The translations under genes and the position numbers were made by a program. Under the pieces are notes generated by a model. That model ran no database searches. It was not told the DNA's origin and worked only from the letters and a program-made list of their open reading frames with translations. A stretch of DNA of 64,000 bases from a virus. Lineage: Duplodnaviria; Caudoviricetes. This document shows positions 25,666 through 35,438 of this stretch, piece after piece (position 1 is the stretch's first letter; each line of letters opens with the position of its first letter). The stretch covers positions 14,919 to 78,918 of IMG/VR virus record IMGVR_UViG_3300033414_000001. One strand, given 5' to 3'.

Positions 25666-26775
25666 GTGGCTCAGCTCTTCACTTCCGATCTGTCGCCGGC
25701 AAGCGGCTTCATCATTGAGGAGCTGTCCGGGAACAAGCGGACCATTCTGCTCACGGATCGCGCGCTCCCTTACCGGCCGCTATCTCTGTCCGGAACCATG
25801 CGCGTCCAGATCACACGCTACGCCGGGAACCCGGTGGCCACCTCGCAAGTTCTCGGCGCCCAAGAAGAGCCAACATCCATCACGGGCTTCTGGAAAGACC
25901 GCTTCCTCCAGGGCTCGACCTTCGCGCAGATCGACAATGTCCCTGTCGCCAACGTCCGCGAGCTGGTGACGATCGTCGACGACGTGCGACGCAAGGGGCA
26001 ACTCGTAGAGGTGCGCTGGGACGAGCAGACGAGACAAGGCCAACTGGTAAGGTTTGACCAGAAGTGGCACAACCCGCACGACGTGGAATGGGAGATCCAG
26101 TTCGAGTGGATTTCGCAAGGGGAAGCCAACCCGCCGCCCGCCGGAAATCTGCCAGACTTGTCGGACTTGGCGGCCGAACTGATCGCCGTTTCGCAGACGA
26201 CCGCCTCCGTAAGCCCGCCTTCACTACTGGATCGTGTAGCCCAATTCGCGGTCGACATGCAGGTACTTCAGGAGGCCATCATCGCCACCGCCGACGAGGC
26301 GCGGCAGGTGGTCATCAACACCGTGAATGCCGTGTCACCCCCGTTGACCGCCGCGAGTCGTACGCTGGCCGTCCTGGACACCGCGCGACGCGAGGCGCAA
26401 GGCCTCATGGACTTCGCGCAGCAAGACGTGAGCCGGAGCATTGTGCAACAGCCGGCAGCGGATGTGTCGTTCGGGAAAACGCTGGCCTGCTCGCTGTATC
26501 TGGCGCGTGCGCGGCAAGCAGCGAAGGCGACGCGCGCCACTGCGGTGAATCGAGGAGTCGATCTCCAGGCGACAACCGGGGCGCGGTCGTCTGTCATCAG
26601 CGTCCGAGTGCGCGACGGCGAGAATCTCCGCTCCATTTCCACGCGGGTCTACGGCAACCAGGACGGGTGGAGACGAATCGCGCAATTCAACGGGCTCGTT
26701 ACGTCTGACGTGCCGGCGGGGACGCTCGTCCTTGTCCCGCAGACATCGCCGGCCCAAGCGCAGGGGGCAGCCTGA
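25666..26775 (+). CDS. tail tube initiator/baseplate protein with C-terminal LysM
   Basis: VRVRDGENLRSISTRVYGNQDGWRRIAQFNGL. Confidence 0.8.
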   Translation: MAQLFTSDLSPASGFIIEELSGNKRTILLTDRALPYRPLSLSGTMRVQITRYAGNPVATSQVLGAQEEPTSITGFWKDRFLQGSTFAQIDNVPVANVRELVTIVDDVRRKGQLVEVRWDEQTRQGQLVRFDQKWHNPHDVEWEIQFEWISQGEANPPPAGNLPDLSDLAAELIAVSQTTASVSPPSLLDRVAQFAVDMQVLQEAIIATADEARQVVINTVNAVSPPLTAASRTLAVLDTARREAQGLMDFAQQDVSRSIVQQPAADVSFGKTLACSLYLARARQAAKATRATAVNRGVDLQATTGARSSVISVRVRDGENLRSISTRVYGNQDGWRRIAQFNGLVTSDVPAGTLVLVPQTSPAQAQGAA

Positions 26776-28655
26776 TGCCAGTCATCAATCCGGATCAGGC
26801 CCAGTTCTTCCCGTCTTGCGTGGTCAATCTGCGCGTGCGATTCGACGAGTCACTGAAGGTTTCGAATCGAGATCTGCCCGGCCCTCTCACGCTGGCGGAT
26901 CCGCTTGTCCAGCGCAGGGCCGCGTTCCCGTCACTCGATCAGGTCATGGCAGACGTGGGTCGCCCACTGGTGATGGGCGCACCGCAGGACGACATGTCGT
27001 ACATCCTCAACCGGCTGCCGAAGGAGGCGAGCGTCGATCTCTCCGGTTACCGGCAGGCCGGGAAGTGGAGTCTGACGTTCGACTATCGAGACTTCCCAAT
27101 CGACCCTCGCGCGGTGCGATCTATGGCCGTGGAGATCCACCTGGGGGCCGTGCCGCCGGCCGACTTCGCTGAAGGCATGGTGCGAATCGATCCGAGAGTG
27201 GGGAGACGATCCGTGCTCCAGACGCGCGTCAACGGAGTCATGCGCGAGGACACGCTGCTTGTCATGGGGACCGCCGACAGCATCCACAGCGAGTGGGCGA
27301 GCCAGGGATCCTGGGTGAAGATGGAGGGCCGAGATCTGCGCGGCATCTTCCTCGACGCCGCCGCGCGGCCGGATCTGCTCAGCAAGCTGGACCTGCGTCG
27401 ACCAATCGATCAGGTAGTGGAGCAGATCCTCAGCCAACACGCGTTCGGCGGTTCCGTGCGGGTCGTCGTGAACGAAGATGACTGGCCCGATCGAAAGGTG
27501 CCGAGCCCCGGGGAAGCCCAGGACATGACGCGCGTGAACATGGGGGCAGCCGGGAGTGCGCCCAACATGCGCCCGCAGGGGGACCCGCACAAGTTGTCGG
27601 TCTGGGACATCATCACGAGCTACTGCTATCTGGTCGGAGCGATCCCGTACTTCGTCGGGCAACGTCTCCGAGTTCGCCCAGCACGCTCACTGTACGACTA
27701 CCAGAAAAAGGCAGGATTCGACCCAGGCGTCCCGACTCCGTTCGCGGGAGGGAAGCAGCGCACCGTAGATACCGAGCAGGGGCCAAGGCGGATCAATCTT
27801 CGACAGATGGTCTTTGGTCGCAACATCGAAAGGCTGGAGTTCGAGCGCAAGCTCGCTGGGACCAAGGTTCCCGTCGTCGAGGTCGTGAGCCTAGACACAT
27901 CCAGCGAGACGCGGGGGCGCGGGAAGCTGCTCATCGTTCGTTACCCACCGCCGGACCCAAGCGACACGCCGTCCGTCGGAGAAATGCCGGCCTCCGAGCC
28001 GGTGCCCGCGAGCAACGAGGAGGCGGGCCAGTCGTCCGCCGGGGCCGCGAACACGAGCGTCGCCCCATCAGGCGGCGCAGTGGATCGGCAGGTCATCCGG
28101 ATCCCGGTGGCCGGCATCCGCTCCAAGGAGCGGCTCCGCCGCATCGCTCAGGACATCTACGAGGAAATCGGGCGAGGCGAAATGGGCGGGAAGATCCAGA
28201 CCAAGTCGCTCGCGAGCTTCGGCGGCGGGAACTCCGATCCCGACCTGTTGTTCCTGCGGCCCGGAGACCCGATCGAACTTCTCTTCGATGCGCGCTCCCT
28301 GCAATCGTCCCCGCCGCTTGCCAGCGACATCACGGACGTTGAGGCTCGTCTTCCCTTCGATGAGGCCGTTCGACAACTCACGGAGCGTCTAGGGGACGCG
28401 AACCTCGCTCGCGTCTTGGTCGCTACGTCTCGCGGGCAAGTGGACAAGCTCCAGAGCTTCTTTCGTGTCGCCAATGTTCACTTCGGGTTCTCTGCGGATT
28501 CCGGAGTAGATATCGCCTTCGACTTCCAGAACTACGTGGAATCCAGATACAACGTCACGAAGCAGGAGGAGAACAAGGCAGCGCCACGCACTACCGTGGT
28601 TCGCACCGTCGCATCCCGTCAGCCGGCCGCAGCGTCGTTCCTTCCGAGTCACTGA
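26775..28655 (+). CDS. baseplate hub protein (gpD/gp27-like)
   Basis: MEGRDLRGIFLD; size and synteny. Confidence 0.75.
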   Translation: MPVINPDQAQFFPSCVVNLRVRFDESLKVSNRDLPGPLTLADPLVQRRAAFPSLDQVMADVGRPLVMGAPQDDMSYILNRLPKEASVDLSGYRQAGKWSLTFDYRDFPIDPRAVRSMAVEIHLGAVPPADFAEGMVRIDPRVGRRSVLQTRVNGVMREDTLLVMGTADSIHSEWASQGSWVKMEGRDLRGIFLDAAARPDLLSKLDLRRPIDQVVEQILSQHAFGGSVRVVVNEDDWPDRKVPSPGEAQDMTRVNMGAAGSAPNMRPQGDPHKLSVWDIITSYCYLVGAIPYFVGQRLRVRPARSLYDYQKKAGFDPGVPTPFAGGKQRTVDTEQGPRRINLRQMVFGRNIERLEFERKLAGTKVPVVEVVSLDTSSETRGRGKLLIVRYPPPDPSDTPSVGEMPASEPVPASNEEAGQSSAGAANTSVAPSGGAVDRQVIRIPVAGIRSKERLRRIAQDIYEEIGRGEMGGKIQTKSLASFGGGNSDPDLLFLRPGDPIELLFDARSLQSSPPLASDITDVEARLPFDEAVRQLTERLGDANLARVLVATSRGQVDKLQSFFRVANVHFGFSADSGVDIAFDFQNYVESRYNVTKQEENKAAPRTTVVRTVASRQPAAASFLPSH

Positions 28656-28656
28656 G

Positions 28657-29280
28657 ATGCTATCCCGAACGCGAGTCTCCGGATCGATAGACGCGGCGCG
28701 ACTGGCCGCGCTGGTCTCTCGTCCCGGAATCGACCCGAGGATCTGGGCCAGCATCGGCATCGTGACCGCCGTACTCGTGGAGACGGAAGGCGTGTTCGCC
28801 GACGTAACTCTGGTCCCCTCGCAACTGGAGACGACCGCGCGCGTGGCGTCCATCTACGCTGGCCCCGGGTTCGGTCTCTACGTTCCAGTAGAGATCGACG
28901 ATGAGGTCCAGGTGACGTGCCCGAGCGGTGATCCTGCCGAGGGGCTCGTCATCCTGCCGCGCCTCTGGTCGAGGTCCGATTCCGTCCCGCCCGCGGCCGT
29001 GGCGCATCAGGCTGACCTAGTTCTGGTTGTCAGGGATGGCCGCAATCTGCGCATCGACGTATCAGGAGGCGGAACGGTCCAGTTCAACGGAGACTCGGAT
29101 GCGCTGGCGCTGGCGTCGAAGGTCAGGGCCAATCTCGATCGATTGCAGCAGAGCTTCGACGCCCACACCCATCCGTTTGTGGCGCAGGCAGGGCCAAACG
29201 CGCTGATCACGGCGGTTACGGCGACGCCGGTGGGCGCGCTGCCCGGCACCGGGTCGACGATCGTCAAGGCGGGAGCGTAG
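28657..29280 (+). CDS. baseplate central spike (gpV/gp45-like)
   Basis: OB-fold N-terminus (GPGFG...P...DDEV.V) and C-terminal HTH(P) metal-binding tip. Confidence 0.8.
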   Translation: MLSRTRVSGSIDAARLAALVSRPGIDPRIWASIGIVTAVLVETEGVFADVTLVPSQLETTARVASIYAGPGFGLYVPVEIDDEVQVTCPSGDPAEGLVILPRLWSRSDSVPPAAVAHQADLVLVVRDGRNLRIDVSGGGTVQFNGDSDALALASKVRANLDRLQQSFDAHTHPFVAQAGPNALITAVTATPVGALPGTGSTIVKAGA

Positions 29281-29283
29281 ACG

Positions 29284-30042
29284 ATGCCCATTTCCTTCGC
29301 GTCCGCTGCGCCCCTCGACGCCAAGACGACCCGAGTCATCCTGACCGGAGCTCCGCTTGCGCTCTCGAAGGCGCAGAGCGGCGACGCGCTCAATCCGGAA
29401 ACATGGGCAGTGACCTCAGTTGGGCCGCTCCAGCCTGGCGCGGCGTTGCACGTGCTTGCCGCGACGCTTTCGGGCGCGGCCCAGGTGGACGTGAGCACAT
29501 CCGAGGATCTGCTACCGTACCCCAGCATACTGCGCATCGCGGCCCCGACTTTGCGCGATTCGACTGGAGCTGTCATCGTCGCTCCCACATCCAGTGACTT
29601 CCCGGGGCTGGCTCCCTCCGGCGCTCGCCCGTCCGCGACGAACCCGCAGGCTGGTCCGGTCGATCTCCGGAATCTTCAAGCTCCGTCCGACAGCTACGGC
29701 GGCACGCTGGTGATGACGCCGGCCGGCGACTACGCGATCGAGTCAGGTTCCTCGCTCGTCAAGAAGCTCATGCTGCGGCGTCTGCTCACCGACCCGGGCG
29801 GCTTCTTCCACCTGCCGAACTACGGCGTGGGATTGCGCGAAAAGCGCCTGTATACAGCGTCGCGGCTGGTCCAGGTCAAGAAGGAGGTCGAGCGCCAGAT
29901 GCTGTTGGAGCCGGAGGTCGAGGCGGTGTCGGCAACCGTAACCCTGGATCCGAACGGCATTCTCACCATTCAGTTGCGCGCTCGACTCCGCTCGTCAGGC
30001 GTGCCGCTTGAAGCGACCGCGCGAGTGCCGCTGATGCTGTAG
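29284..30042 (+). CDS. baseplate wedge (gp25/gpW-like C-terminus)
   Basis: RRLLT.PG...HLP.YGVGL...Q...EPEV. Confidence 0.8.
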   Translation: MPISFASAAPLDAKTTRVILTGAPLALSKAQSGDALNPETWAVTSVGPLQPGAALHVLAATLSGAAQVDVSTSEDLLPYPSILRIAAPTLRDSTGAVIVAPTSSDFPGLAPSGARPSATNPQAGPVDLRNLQAPSDSYGGTLVMTPAGDYAIESGSSLVKKLMLRRLLTDPGGFFHLPNYGVGLREKRLYTASRLVQVKKEVERQMLLEPEVEAVSATVTLDPNGILTIQLRARLRSSGVPLEATARVPLML

Positions 30043-30052
30043 GAGCCCGCCA

Positions 30053-31189
30053 ATGCCAGATCTGCCGTCATTCCAGGACCTGTTTCGCGCCGCTCGCGAC
30101 GAGGCAATGTCGCGCAACCCGCTGCTGACTCTGGATGCCATCCAGCGCGACGGGTCCGACGCCAACGTGCTTGTAGCGTCGGCCGCTGGCATGGGCGACG
30201 AGGTGATGGCGCAGCTCGCGCAGTCGCTTGCGAGCCTATTCCTGGACTCGGCTGCCGGCGACGATCTGGATCGGCTGGTGTTCGATCGTTACGGCCTTGT
30301 TCGCAAGGCGGCAAGCCCGGCCGTTGTCACGATTCGCTTCACGACTACCGCCCCAACGCCAGGCCCATTCACGATCGCGCAGGGAACGTTGCTGCAAACC
30401 GCGTCTGGCGTGCAGTTCATCACCACGAGCCCCAGCACGGTATTCCCTGGCGGCGGGACCGGGCCGGTTGATCTTGCGGCGCGATCGACGCTGGCCGGCT
30501 CATCGCAGCAAACGCAGATCGGGACCATCACCAGTATCGTTTCGGTCGTCCCAGGATCGCCATCCGATCTTCGGGCGACGAACCCGCTGGCATCCGCTGG
30601 CGCCGGAGACGCGGAGAGCGATGACTCACTGCGGGATCGAGCGCGCCGCTTCTTCTCGACGGTGCGCCGCGGCACGGCGTCCGCGCTGATCGCGGGTGCG
30701 CTGGCAACCCCGGGCGTCGTCCGTGCGTCCGTGTTCGAGTCCGTCGGTTCCGTGGAGCTCGTGATCGCGGACGCGTACACCGACACGCTGGCGCAACTCG
30801 CGACGGTTCCGCCGAGCTATCAGACGCAGGCAGTGGCATTGTCGACGGCGGTGGACGCGACGCTGGTGGACTATCGGGCAGCCGGGATCCGCGTCACCGT
30901 GACGGTGGCGCAGGTTGTGATGCAGCCGATCCAGATCCTTCTGACGTTTTTCGCCGGGGCCGACGTGGTGACGGTGGCCAAGGCCGCGCGAGACGCAATG
31001 GTGGCGTATACCAACGGCCTTGCTCCCGGGCAGCCCTGGGTGGTCGCTGACGCCATCGCTGCCCTTCGCTCGGTCGGAGGTCTCGTGGTCTCCGGCTCTG
31101 ACGTGCTTTCGCCGGTTGGAGACGTGTCGCCGACTGGGCTTCAGGTGATTCGGACAAGCCCCAACCTGGTGGTGGCGGCGACTCCATGA
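30053..31189 (+). CDS. baseplate J-like protein
   Basis: A.G.DLDRL...YGL.R; G.D.ESD..LR.R. Confidence 0.9.
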   Translation: MPDLPSFQDLFRAARDEAMSRNPLLTLDAIQRDGSDANVLVASAAGMGDEVMAQLAQSLASLFLDSAAGDDLDRLVFDRYGLVRKAASPAVVTIRFTTTAPTPGPFTIAQGTLLQTASGVQFITTSPSTVFPGGGTGPVDLAARSTLAGSSQQTQIGTITSIVSVVPGSPSDLRATNPLASAGAGDAESDDSLRDRARRFFSTVRRGTASALIAGALATPGVVRASVFESVGSVELVIADAYTDTLAQLATVPPSYQTQAVALSTAVDATLVDYRAAGIRVTVTVAQVVMQPIQILLTFFAGADVVTVAKAARDAMVAYTNGLAPGQPWVVADAIAALRSVGGLVVSGSDVLSPVGDVSPTGLQVIRTSPNLVVAATP

Positions 31190-32370
31190 TCGGCTACGAG
31201 GAGACCAACAAGCCGGCGGTGGACGCGGAGCGGCAACTCCAAGCGCACTATCTCTCCGTGTTGGACAGGCTCCTGCCTCGGGCCTATCTCGACTCACTCA
31301 AGAGCCCCGGCCCCGGTTACGAGCAGCTCCAGGGATTTGCCAAGCTATGCGAGCGACTATCCCTTGCTGTGGCCCACTACAAGGTGGGCGGCATCATCGG
31401 AACGTCGGCAGGCCCGCAACGATCTCGCTGCCATGTGGCTCTGTCGAGATCGGCTCCCGGGACGCTGGCGGTGACCGTCAAGGCTGGGTCGATCGTCCGA
31501 GCATCCAAGGGCAATCGGGATTTCGTTCTGCTAGGGGACGTGGTCTTCGCGGCGCTCGACGTGGGCCCACACAACGTCATCGTCGAGGCGGTTGCGGCCG
31601 GGTACGAGTGGAACATCCCGGGGCCCGTGACGCTGCCGGGCGGCGTCGTGTTGCCCGGGGAGATCGACACGGCGTTCAGCGTCATCCAGGACCCGCCATA
31701 CACGGACGCATCGATCGTGGTCGCCCAAGTCGACGACGCGACCGGTGGGCAGGACGCCGTGCTGGACGAGCACGCCATCGACCGCGGGCTGCGTCGATCC
31801 GGGGGCGAGACGGACCCGGCGCTCCAATTGCGCATCACAACGCTTCCCGACACGGTGAGCCCGGGGGCGTTCAATCGGTTGCTGCACGCACTGCTCGACC
31901 CTTTGGGAGCCACGTTCGAACTCATCGAGGTGTGGGACCAAAGGTTCCAGACCTGCTGGAATGGCCCGAACACCGTCTTCCCAGCGCCAAGCACGTACGC
32001 GCCCAATCTGTTTGCCTACAACGATCCGCGACCGCCGCCGGCCGCTCCGACGCCGTTCAGCTTCTACGGTCGCTGGATGAGCGGAATTGTCGGCGTGATC
32101 GTGGTCGTCCCGGTGATCGGTGTCCTGGATCTGGGAATGGCGTACAACGACACAGCAGCGACTCCGGCGGGCTTCAAGACTGGGCCACTGCTCAATGGGT
32201 TGCGAGCTTACGGGGCCTGGAATGTTCCGGCCTCATTCGCGGCTGGAGCTCAAGGCGCCTACAACGGCTTCGACGTGGGCGTCGCGTCGCTGTACAAGAG
32301 CATCTACGATAGCCTGCAAGCCATCAAGGCGGCCGGCGTTCCGGTAACTGTCGAACTTGCGGGGCAATAG
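31186..32370 (+). CDS. second baseplate wedge protein (J-like/gpI-like)
   Basis: LD....DRGL.R..GETD..L..RI motif. Confidence 0.7.
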   Translation: MIGYEETNKPAVDAERQLQAHYLSVLDRLLPRAYLDSLKSPGPGYEQLQGFAKLCERLSLAVAHYKVGGIIGTSAGPQRSRCHVALSRSAPGTLAVTVKAGSIVRASKGNRDFVLLGDVVFAALDVGPHNVIVEAVAAGYEWNIPGPVTLPGGVVLPGEIDTAFSVIQDPPYTDASIVVAQVDDATGGQDAVLDEHAIDRGLRRSGGETDPALQLRITTLPDTVSPGAFNRLLHALLDPLGATFELIEVWDQRFQTCWNGPNTVFPAPSTYAPNLFAYNDPRPPPAAPTPFSFYGRWMSGIVGVIVVVPVIGVLDLGMAYNDTAATPAGFKTGPLLNGLRAYGAWNVPASFAAGAQGAYNGFDVGVASLYKSIYDSLQAIKAAGVPVTVELAGQ

Positions 32371-32378
32371 GAGCAATC

Positions 32379-33776
32379 ATGGCGAACCAGGCATTTGATC
32401 GCGAAATCATCCACCCGCTGGAGCGCCCGCTCGCGGACGACATCGACCAAGCGCAAAGCCAGATCGATCGCTCCCTGCGAGATCTGCTCCGTCGCCTGTT
32501 CTCCGACGCGGCCGGGACGATCTACAGCGGCTTCGTCGCGAATGGTCTCCTGGTGGCGCCATCCTCGCCGGCAGCAATGAGCGTGGTCGTTACCGCTGGG
32601 CTCGGGTTCCAGGACCTGCCGGCCGACGTGCCGTCAAGCATTGGCGGAGTCGTTGGCCTGGACGATCTCAGCCCGTACAAGCCGCTGGTTCTCTCGGCCG
32701 ACCAGACCATCGCGATCGACGCCTCCCCCGCCCCCGGCCAGAATCGGATCGACATCATCGAGGTGAAGACCGACCGACGCGCAGAGAATCCGAGCACGCG
32801 CGACATCCTGAACCCCGGAACCGGGCTGTTTGTTCCCGGCTCGGTCAACAAGACGCTCGCCTTCGACTTGCTCGGCCGCAACGCCAGAGTCGTCAGCCCA
32901 GCCAACAGCACGACCGGCATCGGATACAAGGTCGGCGTGGCGGCCGTTGCCGGTTCCGAGGTCGCCCCGGCGACGACCGCGGGCTACCTCAAGCTCTGCG
33001 AGATCCACGTGATCGGCGGAGTGACAACGATCACCGCGGGTGCGCTCACGGATTTTCGATCCAGCCTCTCCGCCATCACGTCAGCTCTGGCAAGCCTGCT
33101 GGCTACCGCACACACGTGGTCGGCGCTCCAGACGTTTTCGGCCGGCATCAAGGCATCGAACACCACGGCGGCGCGAGCGATCGTGGCTCTTGCTGGAACC
33201 GCAACGGAACCCGCGCAGCCTGCCGGGACGGCGCTGGTGGGCGTCGGAGACGCGGCGGGCCCTGGCGTGTCTGGTGTCGGTGGCCCTACCGCAGGGCCGG
33301 GAGTGAGCGGGGTGGGTGGGGCGTCGAGCGGCCCCGGGATGAGCGGTGTGGGTGGGGCCCCGAACGGCGCCGGGTACACCGGCACCGGAACTGGCACCGG
33401 GCCGGGCGTCCTCGGAACCGGTGGAGCGGGGGGCGGTAACGGCCTAGAAGGCGTGGGCGTTGGCGCTGGCAGGGGAGTGACTGGAACGTCGGCGGGGGCC
33501 AATGCTGCGGTTGAAGGAACCGGAAGCGCCGTCGCCTCAAGTGCAGGAGTTGCAGGCACCGGAAAAATCGGCCTGCGAGGGGTCGGCGTAGACGGCACGG
33601 CGCAGGCACTTCGAGTGAGCGCGACATCCGGAACCCTGGGATCTCACATCTGGTTCGAAAACTCCGTTACCGATCCGTCGTCAGGAATTGGAGCCGGGTC
33701 CGCCGCCATGTACTTCGACGGTACGAATCTCAAGCTCAAGATCGGCGCCGTCGTATACACGATCACCATGGTGTGA
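32379..33776 (+). CDS. tail fibre protein
   Basis: Baseplate-docking N-terminus (RIDII.V); Gly-rich G-V-x-G repeats at ~33260-33600. Confidence 0.8.
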   Translation: MANQAFDREIIHPLERPLADDIDQAQSQIDRSLRDLLRRLFSDAAGTIYSGFVANGLLVAPSSPAAMSVVVTAGLGFQDLPADVPSSIGGVVGLDDLSPYKPLVLSADQTIAIDASPAPGQNRIDIIEVKTDRRAENPSTRDILNPGTGLFVPGSVNKTLAFDLLGRNARVVSPANSTTGIGYKVGVAAVAGSEVAPATTAGYLKLCEIHVIGGVTTITAGALTDFRSSLSAITSALASLLATAHTWSALQTFSAGIKASNTTAARAIVALAGTATEPAQPAGTALVGVGDAAGPGVSGVGGPTAGPGVSGVGGASSGPGMSGVGGAPNGAGYTGTGTGTGPGVLGTGGAGGGNGLEGVGVGAGRGVTGTSAGANAAVEGTGSAVASSAGVAGTGKIGLRGVGVDGTAQALRVSATSGTLGSHIWFENSVTDPSSGIGAGSAAMYFDGTNLKLKIGAVVYTITMV

Positions 33777-33786
33777 GGATCTAGCC

Positions 33787-34215
33787 GTGATCGTCTCGCT
33801 CACCGGAGTCCTGTGGGATCAGCCGACGCCTGCCGCTGGCGTGCCGGTCAACCCGCGCACAGCGCTCACCTTCCCGCTCGGCAACGATGTCGCGGTGAAT
33901 CTGCGCGTCGTGAAAGCCAGCGGGCCTCCAGTGACGGTCGATCTTTCCGCCCCTGGCGTCTCGCTGAAACTCACCGTGAAGCGCACTCCGCTTGACTCGA
34001 ACGAGATGCTGTCGATCTTGGCGACCGCCGGAGCGGGGCTCGGGAACTACGTCATCGTCATCCCTGCGGCGCTGCAACGCGCGCGGCAACTTGGCCCCGG
34101 ACGCTACTTCTACGACGTGCTGCTGACGCAGGTAGCTGGCGCGACCGTCACGCGCGATTCCGTGATCCCTGCTTCTCCGCTGATCGTAGAGCCCGGCATC
34201 GCCAACAACCCATGA
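33787..34215 (+). CDS. BppU-like Ig-fold fibre-associated protein
   Basis: L.LTVK...G.Y.YDV.L motif. Confidence 0.6.
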   Translation: MIVSLTGVLWDQPTPAAGVPVNPRTALTFPLGNDVAVNLRVVKASGPPVTVDLSAPGVSLKLTVKRTPLDSNEMLSILATAGAGLGNYVIVIPAALQRARQLGPGRYFYDVLLTQVAGATVTRDSVIPASPLIVEPGIANNP

Positions 34216-34225
34216 GGTCAACTCA

Positions 34226-34696
34226 ATGGACATGCCCGCCGACATCTCCGCTCACTTCTCCGCCGTCGAAGTGGTCACCACGGCTCAGCGCGATCTCGTT
34301 CCGGAGCAGATGCGCATCTGGAATGGCACGCTTGCGATCCGGACGAACGCGAAGCGCCACGCCATCCTCATGGAGAAGATTCGCAACGTGCTCGGAGTTC
34401 CGCTACACGTCAACTCCTGGTATCGTTGCCCGACGCTGAATGCGCGCGTGGGCGGCGTCACGAACAGTCGTCACATGCTGGCGCTGGCCACCGATTTCGT
34501 TCCGATCGGCATGACGCTCGACGATGCAATGCGACGGATCTCTTCTGCGGTACGTCGGGGCGAGTTGCCAGAGCTGGACAAAATCATCATCGAGTGTGGT
34601 GCCTGGATCCACGTACAGAGCGCGCTTGACGGAACGGGACCGAGGCTGCTGTGCCTCAAGTCGGAGGACGGAGAGCGCTTCGAGCGCTACGTCTAG
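34226..34696 (+). CDS. endolysin, peptidase M15A family
   Basis: SWYRCP.LN..VGG...SRHM..LA.D and WIHV Zn ligands. Confidence 0.9.
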   Translation: MDMPADISAHFSAVEVVTTAQRDLVPEQMRIWNGTLAIRTNAKRHAILMEKIRNVLGVPLHVNSWYRCPTLNARVGGVTNSRHMLALATDFVPIGMTLDDAMRRISSAVRRGELPELDKIIIECGAWIHVQSALDGTGPRLLCLKSEDGERFERYV

Positions 34697-34698
34697 AG

Positions 34699-35061
34699 AT
34701 GCCGTCGCGCGCACTCATTCTTCTGGGGAGCTTCGCTGTCGCGCTGGCCGCCGCGCACGCGGTCGCTGATCCCGGCGCCGCCGCACTCCCTGCGGTCGAT
34801 GCGCTTGGACCGCTCAAGGCGGTGGCGGCGTTCCTCCAGACCTTCGGGTCGCTCGGGTTTGCTGTCGTGGCCGGCTGGTGGGGTCTCAAGAAGGACAAGG
34901 AGACCAAGGATCTCACTGTACGTTACGAGGCTCAATCCCAGGCTACGTACAATCAGGCGGTGGGGTTGGTGAAGACCATGACGGAGGCGTTGGTGAAGAT
35001 GGAGGCCACCGTTTCGGCGCTCCGCGGCGTGATCGAATCCATGGAGCGAAGGCTGGAGTGA
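34699..35061 (+). CDS. holin-like membrane protein
   Basis: Signal/TM segment, a second TM ending WW..KK, then a coiled coil. Confidence 0.65.
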   Translation: MPSRALILLGSFAVALAAAHAVADPGAAALPAVDALGPLKAVAAFLQTFGSLGFAVVAGWWGLKKDKETKDLTVRYEAQSQATYNQAVGLVKTMTEALVKMEATVSALRGVIESMERRLE

Positions 35062-35068
35062 GACGGTC

Positions 35069-35416
35069 ATGAATCTCTCTCGCCATCGATCGCCGCATGT
35101 CAGTATCGGCGATCTCCTTGTGGAGCTGGGACTCATCACGCAGGAGCAGTTGATTCGGGCAATCGAGACGAAGTTGCGGTCGACGCCAGGGCAACTCATC
35201 GGGGAAGTCCTGATCGCACAGGGCGCCGTCACCCGATCTCAACTGGAACGCGCGCTGTCGCAGCAGAGACGAGATAGCCCACCAGTCGAGGAGCTCCATC
35301 GCAAGACGCGAGATCTGCTTGCGAAGGCGAGCGATAGCGCGGAAACTTTGCATCGGCAGATCGACAACCTCACGTTACGCATGCAACACATGGTTTCGGT
35401 ATCGGACAGGCAGTAG
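35069..35416 (+). CDS. MshEN (GSPII_N)-like domain protein with coiled coil
   Basis: Tandem motifs SIGDLLVELGLITQEQLIRAIETK and LIGEVLIAQGAVTRSQLERALSQQ. Confidence 0.8.
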   Translation: MNLSRHRSPHVSIGDLLVELGLITQEQLIRAIETKLRSTPGQLIGEVLIAQGAVTRSQLERALSQQRRDSPPVEELHRKTRDLLAKASDSAETLHRQIDNLTLRMQHMVSVSDRQ

Positions 35417-35438
35417 ACACACACAGGAGAAACAAACA

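Noticed and set aside
33240-33600. Tail-fibre repeats as CRISPR or DGR target
   Set aside because: They are coding Gly-rich repeats with no spacers; no reverse transcriptase or template repeat is in the window.
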